Origin: Delftia acidovorans NBRC 14950 | GTDB lineage: Bacteria; Pseudomonadota; Gammaproteobacteria; Burkholderiales; Burkholderiaceae_C | Reading direction: 5' to 3' | Length of the DNA stretch: 32,000 nt | Assembly: GCF_001598795.1 (NCBI RefSeq) | Contig: NZ_BCZP01000026.1 | Span: 44,283 to 76,282 of the forward strand | Shown: piece by piece, positions 25,688-32,000 of the stretch | How the letters are laid out: each line of letters opens with the position of its first letter | How positions within the stretch are numbered: position 1 is the first letter of the stretch | Program-made: the position numbers and the translations under genes | Notes under the pieces: generated by a model | What the model was told of the DNA's origin: nothing | The model's database searches: none | The model's input: the letters and a program-made list of their open reading frames with translations, nothing else

Positions 25688-28600
25688 TCAAGAATGGTTT
25701 GAGGGGGCGTCCGGCACCCCGCTGCCATCCGTGCACTCCACCACCTGGGGTCGGTCCTGCGCCTGCTGCGGCAGGTTCGCCGGGCTCAGGGCCGGAGGGC
25801 GCGACGCAATGGCCTGGCGCACCAGTGCCTCGAAGCTGCGCACGGGCACGGGCGGACTGAGCAGGTAGCCCTGCCAGGCATGGCAGTGCTGGTCTTCGAG
25901 GAATTGGCGCTGCGCCTCGGTCTCCACACCCTCGGCGATGACCTGCAGGCCCAGGCTGGTACCCAGGGCGACGATGGTGCGCGCAATGGCCGCGTCGTTG
26001 GGGTCGCTGAGCACGTCGCGCACGAAGCTGCGGTCGATCTTGAGCTGGTCCAGCGGCAGGCGCTTGAGATAGGCCAGCGAGGAGTAGCCGGTGCCGAAGT
26101 CGTCCAGCGAGAACCCCACGCCGTGTGCCTTGAGCGTGGCCATCTTGGCCGCCGTGTCGTCCACGTCGGCCAGCAGCAGGCTTTCGGTCAGCTCCAGCTT
26201 GAGCAGGCGCGGATTGGCACCGTGCTCCTTGAGCGCCTGCAGCACCTGCTCCACGAAGCGCGCCTGGTGGAACTGGCGCGGGCTGACGTTGACGGCCAGC
26301 ATCAGGCAGGCCATGTCCGGCTCCGCCGCCCATTGCGCCAGTTGCCGGCAGGCCTCGCCCAGCACCCATTCGCCCAGTTGCTGGATCAGGCCCGTTTCCT
26401 CGGCCAGCGAGACGAAGAGCGACGGAGGCACCAGCCCTTCACGCGGGTGGTTCCAGCGCAGCAGGCCCTCGGCGCCGACGATGCGCCCGTTCGCCACCTG
26501 CGGCTGGTAGTACAGGACGAATTGCGAGCGCACCAGGCCCTCGCGCATTTCCTGCTCCATGGCGGTGCGCGATCTGAGCACGGCCTGCAGTTGCGGATCG
26601 AAGAACTGCAGCGTGTTGCGCCCCATGCCCTTGGCCTGGTACATGGCCATCTCGGCACGGCGCAGGACCTCGTCGGCACTGAGTTCCTGCTCGCCGAACA
26701 GGCTGGCGCCTATGCTCAGCGTGATGTGGCAGGACTGGCCACTCAGTTGCAGCGGTTGCAGCAGCAGCGAACGCATGCGCTGGACCTCGCCTTCGAGCTT
26801 GGAGGCGGCGTGCATGGAGTCCTTGCCCAGGTCCTCCAGAAGCACGACGAAGTCATCGCCGCTGTGGCGGGCCAGCGTGGCCTCGCGGCCCAGGGACTGG
26901 GCCAGTCGCTCGGCAATCATGCGCAGCAGCACGTCGCCCAGTTCCAGCCCCAGGCTGTCGTTGAAGGCCTTGAAGTTGTCCACGTCCAGCAGCATGACGG
27001 CGCCACAGCGCCCGCGACGGCGGCTGGAGGCCAGCGCCTGCTGCAGCCGGTCCACCAGCAGGCGGCGGTTGGGCAGGCCGGTAAGCGCATCGTAGAAGGC
27101 CAGGCGGCGAATTTCCTCTTCGGCGGTCTTGCGCTGGCTCTGGTCCTGCAGGATCAGCAGGCAGCCTTCGTCCAGCAGCATGCCGCCGATGGATACGGAG
27201 CGCGCGCAGCCGTCGCTGCCTATGAGCTGGTACTCCTCGGAGTTGAGGGTGCCGCAGCTGTCGGACTCGCTGCCATGGGGGCTTTGGGCAACGCGCGCCC
27301 GCGCCTGCGCAGCCTCGAAGCGGCGCTGCATGCGCTGGCGGCGGGCTTCATCCGGGCACATGTTGCGCCACCAGCCGTCGCCATCCATGCCGGCCGTGGC
27401 GCCGTGGCCTGCCAGGCGCATGAATTCCTCGTTCCAGTAGGCGAAGCGGCCATCCTCCTGCAGCATGGCCAGGCCCAGGGGCAGGCGCTGGATGACCATG
27501 CGCAGGTGGCGCGATCCGTCGCGCTGCATTTGCTGCAAGTGGCGGCGCGCGCTGATGTCCTGCACCAGGGCCATCAGCCGCAGCGATGGGCCGTGGCCCA
27601 GCGCGGAGATGTGCAGTTCCACCCAGACCAGGCTGCCGTCGCTGCGCCGCAGCTGCCGCTCGATCTGCAGGGCGCGGCGCTGGCCCGCAGCCAGTTCCTG
27701 CAGCAGCAGCCTGTCGCCCTCCACCGTTTCGGCGGCCACCAGGGCTAGCAGGGGGCGCTGGCACAGCTGCTGTGCCTCGTGGCCGGTGATGTCGCAATAC
27801 CTGCGGTTCACATGCAGGACATTGCCGTTGGCCGCGTCGATCTGCACCACGCCCACGGCGGCCTGCTCGAACAGTGCCTGAAAGCGGGCATCGCTCTCGC
27901 GCATGCTGCGGGAAGAGGCACGCAGTTGCGCCCAGCTGGACGGATGGCGCCGCCACCAGGCTGCCGCCAGCGAGGCCAGCAGGACTGACACCAGCATGCC
28001 CAGCGCAAACAACACCAGGGGCTGGGCACGCTCGGTCCAGGACAGGGCCGTGCTCACGGGGATGAAGTTCAGCCGCCACAGCCGGTCCTGGGCCTGCAGT
28101 GTCTGCTCCAGCACCACCTGGCCGGTATCGCCCAGGCCTACCGCATCCTGCCCGCGCTCGGGCCAGGCAGCACCCAGATACAGCGGCAGCGGCGATACGC
28201 CGGCCGGCGGCAGGGGCGAGACCGGGCCTGCGTCATGCATGGCCAGCGCAAGCCGGCCCAGGAAGCCGCGCTCATGCAGGTCCTGCACCAGGTCGTGCAC
28301 ACGAATGCTGACGTCGGCCGTTCCCAGGAACAGCGGATGCGCGGCCGTGCCATCCGGAGACTGGTGGTCCGCCAGCGCAAAGACGGGCGCGCGCACCAGC
28401 ACGGCGGTGGCATGCTCGCCGGGCTGCTTCATTGCAAACGGCGCCGAGACCACGGCGGCCGCGCTGTCCCGGCTGCGCAGCATGCTGGCCATGAGACTGG
28501 GGCGGTCGTGCATGTCCAGACCGGCGATGGATTCATTGCCTTCCACCGGCCAGAGATAGTCGATGAAGAAATAGTGGGGATCGGGCCTGAACGAGGCCGA

Positions 28601-28966
28601 CGGATCCTGGCTGGCCTGACCGCGCTCCGTTGCGGCCCGCGTAAAGGTCAGCGCCTGCATGCCGGGCTGTATCTGTATGCGCAGCGCCTGCGCAATGCGC
28701 GCGAAGGCCTGCTGCCCCATCTCGGGAGAGGCGGCCAGCTGGTTGGCCACATGCTGGACCATGACGGCATAGGCATCCAGGCGCATCTCCAGCGCCTGGC
28801 GGGCAGACTGGGCCTGTTGCGTATGGCGCTGCAGGTCGATGCGCTCCAGCGCCCTCTGCTGCTGCAGGGCGAGCGCGGCGCTCAGGCACATGCCCACCGC
28901 CATGACGGTGGCGGCTGGCCAGGCGGTCCGGATGGCTACAAGCGTGCGCTGGGCAAAAGCTGACAT
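25688..28966 (-). CDS. Membrane sensor protein CHASE-TM-PAS-PAS-GGDEF-EAL (cyclic-di-GMP turnover)
   Basis: N-terminal TM, then CHASE (FFIDYLWPVEGNESIAGLDMHDRPSLMASMLRSRDSAAAVVSAPF). A second TM. Two PAS domains (FQALFEQAAVGVVQID...; LRMVIQRLPLGLAMLQ...). GGDEF domain (FYDALTGLPNRR...HSGDDF). EAL domain (AEGLLRW, DDFGTGYSSL, KIDRSFV, EGVET, QGY). Start at 28966 (MSAFAQRT...) is uncertain; in-frame ATGs at 29041 and upstream are alternatives. Confidence 0.88.
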   Translation of the reverse strand: MSAFAQRTLVAIRTAWPAATVMAVGMCLSAALALQQQRALERIDLQRHTQQAQSARQALEMRLDAYAVMVQHVANQLAASPEMGQQAFARIAQALRIQIQPGMQALTFTRAATERGQASQDPSASFRPDPHYFFIDYLWPVEGNESIAGLDMHDRPSLMASMLRSRDSAAAVVSAPFAMKQPGEHATAVLVRAPVFALADHQSPDGTAAHPLFLGTADVSIRVHDLVQDLHERGFLGRLALAMHDAGPVSPLPPAGVSPLPLYLGAAWPERGQDAVGLGDTGQVVLEQTLQAQDRLWRLNFIPVSTALSWTERAQPLVLFALGMLVSVLLASLAAAWWRRHPSSWAQLRASSRSMRESDARFQALFEQAAVGVVQIDAANGNVLHVNRRYCDITGHEAQQLCQRPLLALVAAETVEGDRLLLQELAAGQRRALQIERQLRRSDGSLVWVELHISALGHGPSLRLMALVQDISARRHLQQMQRDGSRHLRMVIQRLPLGLAMLQEDGRFAYWNEEFMRLAGHGATAGMDGDGWWRNMCPDEARRQRMQRRFEAAQARARVAQSPHGSESDSCGTLNSEEYQLIGSDGCARSVSIGGMLLDEGCLLILQDQSQRKTAEEEIRRLAFYDALTGLPNRRLLVDRLQQALASSRRRGRCGAVMLLDVDNFKAFNDSLGLELGDVLLRMIAERLAQSLGREATLARHSGDDFVVLLEDLGKDSMHAASKLEGEVQRMRSLLLQPLQLSGQSCHITLSIGASLFGEQELSADEVLRRAEMAMYQAKGMGRNTLQFFDPQLQAVLRSRTAMEQEMREGLVRSQFVLYYQPQVANGRIVGAEGLLRWNHPREGLVPPSLFVSLAEETGLIQQLGEWVLGEACRQLAQWAAEPDMACLMLAVNVSPRQFHQARFVEQVLQALKEHGANPRLLKLELTESLLLADVDDTAAKMATLKAHGVGFSLDDFGTGYSSLAYLKRLPLDQLKIDRSFVRDVLSDPNDAAIARTIVALGTSLGLQVIAEGVETEAQRQFLEDQHCHAWQGYLLSPPVPVRSFEALVRQAIASRPPALSPANLPQQAQDRPQVVECTDGSGVPDAPSNHS

Positions 28967-29247
28967 GGAGCGGCTAAGGCTGAATAGGCAGTCACGGGGG
29001 AATCGGTCCAGGAGCACGGAACCACTCGTTGCCAGCCCCATGGCCAGCCACCCGAAAAGGCCGGGCAGGCCATGTGGAGCAGAGAGCGAGGATAAATGGA
29101 TTTCGGCACCCGGCAGGCAAATCATATGTAAGACAAATCCTACAAACGCCTTTGCTCTATCGTCGGAATGCGCTCTTGCTGAAGACCTCCACGGGCAAAC
29201 CCTAGACTGCAGGCAGCAAGGTGCTTGCACCCGGCCCCCTGTGCCGA

Positions 29248-29275
29248 GCCTGCCGGGCCTGCCGGGCCTTGCCGG
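29248..29275. repeat. Three tandem copies of GCCTGCCGG (the third has a 1-nt insertion) in a divergent intergenic region
   Basis: Read directly: gcctgccgg gcctgccgg gccttgccgg. Confidence 0.85.
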
Positions 29276-29506
29276 GCACCAGGGGTGGAGGGCGAGGCAT
29301 TGCACAAGCCCTCATCCATGAAATCAGAGGCGGCAGTTTTGAAACATCAACGAAACGGATCGTGCGTCAGCAGGTGGCGCTGCAGCCCTTCAGCCTCTGG
29401 CAGCACGCTGCGGGGCTTGCACGGGTTTCCCCTTGAGTCGGATGGCATGCTGCTTGCAACAAGCCTGGTGCACTGCCAACCATAACTCTGCAGGAGACAC
29501 CAACCC

Positions 29507-30487
29507 ATGAGCATCAACCGCCGCCGCTTTTGCGCCGCCCTGCCCGCCCCGCTGGCCGGCCTTGCGCTGCCGCACCAGGGCCTGGCCCAGGAGGCCTTTC
29601 CCAGCAAGTCGCTGAAGATCGTCTGCCCCTTCGCACCCGGCGGCGGTTCGGACTTCATTGCGCGCGTGGCCTCCAACGTGCTCAACGACAGGCTGGGCCA
29701 GCCCGTGGTGGTGGAGAACCGGCCGGGCGCCGGTGGCACGTTGGGCACCGAGTACGCGCTGCGCTCGGCGGCCGATGGCTACACGCTGCTGCTGGTGGCG
29801 GGCAGCTATACGGTCAACCCTTCGCTGTACAAGCTGCGCTTCGACCCCGTGGCCGACATGACGCCCGTGATCCAGCTGTCCAAAGGCGCCTACGTGGTCT
29901 GCGTGAGCCCCCGCGTGCCCGCCAGAAACCTGCAGGAACTGCTGACCTATGCGCGTGAGAACCCGGGCAAGCTGACCTTTGCCTCGGCCGGCAATGGCAG
30001 CCATCTTCACATCGTCACCGAGTACCTGTTCGGCATGGCCAAGGTCAAGGCCACGCATGTGCCCTATCGCGGCACGGGCCCGGCCGTGACCGATCTGCTG
30101 TCAGGCAACGTGGACATGCTGGTGGCCGGCACCGAGGCGCTGATGCAGCACGTCAAGAGCGGCAAGCTGCACGCCCTGGCCGTGACCACGGCCCAGCGCC
30201 TGCCCGCCTATCCCGAGATTCCGTCGGTGGCCGAAAGCGGCCTGCCGGACTATGACGTGGTGGCCTGGCACGGCCTGCTCGCGCCCAAGGGCCTGCCGCC
30301 CACCGTGCTGTCGCGCATCAATGCGGCGTTGGACACCGGCCTCAAGGCGCCGGCACTGCTGGCCCAGCTGGAGCCCACGGGCGTGTCCCCGGCAGGCGGC
30401 ACACCGGCCCAGTTCGGCGCCCTGATCCAGTCCGAGATTCCCCGCTACGCCAAGGTGGTGAAAGACAACGAAATCCGCGCACAGTAA
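29507..30487 (+). CDS. Bug-family (TctC-like) tripartite tricarboxylate transporter substrate-binding protein
   Basis: Tat-like signal MSINRRRFCAALPAPLAGLAL. IVCPFAPGGGSDFIARV...VVVENRPGAGGTLG...YTLLLV are diagnostic Bug-family motifs. Confidence 0.9.
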   Translation: MSINRRRFCAALPAPLAGLALPHQGLAQEAFPSKSLKIVCPFAPGGGSDFIARVASNVLNDRLGQPVVVENRPGAGGTLGTEYALRSAADGYTLLLVAGSYTVNPSLYKLRFDPVADMTPVIQLSKGAYVVCVSPRVPARNLQELLTYARENPGKLTFASAGNGSHLHIVTEYLFGMAKVKATHVPYRGTGPAVTDLLSGNVDMLVAGTEALMQHVKSGKLHALAVTTAQRLPAYPEIPSVAESGLPDYDVVAWHGLLAPKGLPPTVLSRINAALDTGLKAPALLAQLEPTGVSPAGGTPAQFGALIQSEIPRYAKVVKDNEIRAQ

Positions 30488-30536
30488 TCGGCGCACAGCA
30501 ATCGGCTCACGCAGGCCCGAGAATCCATCCGCCCCC

Positions 30537-32000
30537 ATGACCTCCCGCTACAAGAAACCCCTGCCCGGCACCACGCTGCACTACATCGACGCTCGCGCCG
30601 CCGTCGATGCCCTCTCGCCCGGCGCCTGGGCACGCCTGCCCTACACCGCCCGCGTCCACGCCGAGAACCTTGTGCGCCGCGCCGATCCCGCGCAGCTGGA
30701 CAGCTACCTGCTGCAGCTCATCGAGCGCCGGCGCGACATCGACTTTCCCTGGTATCCCGTGCGCGTGGTCTGCCACGACATCCTGGGCCAGACGGCCCTG
30801 GTGGACCTGGCCGGCCTGCGCGACGCCATCGCGGCCGAAGGTGGCGACCCTGCCCAGGTCAACCCCGTCGTTCCCGTGCAGCTCATCGTGGACCACTCGC
30901 TGGCCGTGGAGTGCGGCGGCTTCGATCCCGACGCCTTTGCGAAGAACCGCGCCATCGAGGACCGCCGCAACGAGGACCGCTTCCACTTCATCGAGTGGAC
31001 GAAGAAGGCCTTCGCCAACGTGGATGTGATCCCCGCAGGGAACGGGATCATGCACCAGATCAATCTGGAGAAGATGTCCCCCGTGGTGACAGTGCAGGAT
31101 GGCCTGGCCTTCCCGGACACCTGTGTCGGCACCGACTCGCACACCCCCCATGTCGATGCCCTGGGCGTGATCGCCGTGGGCGTGGGCGGGCTGGAGGCCG
31201 AGAACGTCATGTTGGGCCGCGCCTGCTGGATGCGCCTGCCCGAGATCGTGGGCGTGCGCCTCACGGGCCGGCGCCAGGGCGGCATCACGGCCACCGACAT
31301 CGTGCTGGCCCTGACCGAATTCCTGCGCCAGCAAAAGGTGGTGGGCGCCTATGTGGAATTCTTTGGCGAGGGCGCCGACAGCCTGAGCATCGGCGACCGC
31401 GCCACCATCTCCAACATGTGCCCCGAATACGGCGCCACGGCGGCCATGTTCTCCATTGATGACCAGACGCTGGCCTACCTGCGCCTGACCGGCCGCGACG
31501 AGGCCCAGGTGCGCCTGGTCGAAGCCTATGCGCGCACCGCAGGCTTTTGGAGCGACAGCCTGGCCGATGCCCAGTACGAGCGCCTGCTGCAGTTCGACCT
31601 GTCCACCGTGGTGCGCAACATGGCCGGCCCCTCGAATCCGCACCGGCGCCTGCCCACCTCGGCCCTGGCCGAGCGCGGCATTGCCGATGCGGCCAAGCTG
31701 CAGGCTGCCCGCGCCCAGGAGGCGCAAGGCCTGATGCCCGATGGGGCCGTCATCATTGCCGCCATCACCAGTTGCACCAACACCAGCAACCCGCGCAACG
31801 TCATCGCCGCGGCGCTGCTGGCGCGCAATGCCAATCGCCTGGGTCTCACGCGCAAGCCCTGGGTCAAGTCCTCGCTGGCGCCGGGCTCCAAGGCCGTGGA
31901 GCTGTATCTGAAGGAGGCCGGGCTGCTCACCGAGCTGGAGCAACTGGGCTTTGGCATCGTCGCCTTTGCCTGCACCACCTGCAACGGCATGAGCGGCGCG
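30537..32000 (+). CDS. acnD: Aconitate hydratase family, AcnD-like (Fe/S-dependent 2-methylisocitrate dehydratase), 5' part; continues past the window end
   Basis: Not in the ORF track because there is no stop in the window; I translated it by hand from ATG 30537. MTSRYKKPLPGTTLHYIDARAAVDALSPGAWARLPYTARVHAENLVRR...RVVCHDILGQTALVDLAGLRDAIA...IPAGNGIMHQINLE...GTDSHTP...AAITSCTNTSNPRNV...FACTTCNGMSGA. The N-terminus resembles AcnD rather than AcnA/B. Confidence 0.88.
   Translation, partial: MTSRYKKPLPGTTLHYIDARAAVDALSPGAWARLPYTARVHAENLVRRADPAQLDSYLLQLIERRRDIDFPWYPVRVVCHDILGQTALVDLAGLRDAIAAEGGDPAQVNPVVPVQLIVDHSLAVECGGFDPDAFAKNRAIEDRRNEDRFHFIEWTKKAFANVDVIPAGNGIMHQINLEKMSPVVTVQDGLAFPDTCVGTDSHTPHVDALGVIAVGVGGLEAENVMLGRACWMRLPEIVGVRLTGRRQGGITATDIVLALTEFLRQQKVVGAYVEFFGEGADSLSIGDRATISNMCPEYGATAAMFSIDDQTLAYLRLTGRDEAQVRLVEAYARTAGFWSDSLADAQYERLLQFDLSTVVRNMAGPSNPHRRLPTSALAERGIADAAKLQAARAQEAQGLMPDGAVIIAAITSCTNTSNPRNVIAAALLARNANRLGLTRKPWVKSSLAPGSKAVELYLKEAGLLTELEQLGFGIVAFACTTCNGMSGA

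Noticed and set aside
30507-31943. 478-aa - strand ORF
   Set aside because: Antisense to acnD. The + frame carries the aconitase Fe-S and substrate motifs but is missing from the ORF track only because it has no stop within the window.

Overview
High-GC (roughly 65-70%) betaproteobacterial chromosome segment that looks like Comamonadaceae. The phaC-phaA-phaB cluster, and a PhaC carrying the large Ala-rich insertion reported for Delftia acidovorans, point to Delftia or a close relative. The window is densely packed with core genes. On the + strand: the 3' end of an ABC-F ATPase, then an rpiR-aapJ-aapQ-aapM-iaaA-type operon (regulator, polar amino-acid ABC importer without an ATPase gene, isoaspartyl peptidase/asparaginase). 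On the - strand: phaB, phaA, phaC. Next come a small membrane ORF, pgeF(yfiH)-maiA, a divergent FAH-family hydrolase, and a Zn-ribbon NUDIX hydrolase. A 972-aa soluble protein follows, with two Cache/PAS-like sensor modules and a C-terminal CheW-like domain. A smc-zipA-ligA-patatin string lies on the - strand, followed by a CHASE-PAS-PAS-GGDEF-EAL protein, a Bug/TctC binding protein and the 5' part of acnD. I found no tRNA/rRNA genes, CRISPR array, transposase or integrase. The most unusual locus is the only large non-coding gap (5946-6663), which has an AT-rich dip. It holds two tandem units that are not in the ORF track. Each unit has the same promoter-like block (GTCAACC-N11-GCCCGCGTT), AGGAG exactly 9 nt before an ATG, and a micro-ORF (38 aa and 19 aa) containing a shared W-P-x-[DE]-[DE]-R-D-R-K-R motif. 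Most codon differences within that motif are synonymous. The second candidate is the orphan sensor-CheW fusion, which carries two in-frame hexanucleotide microsatellites ((DG)8 and (HG)7). All functional calls rest on my own reading of the translated ORFs and on motif memory; no database search was run.
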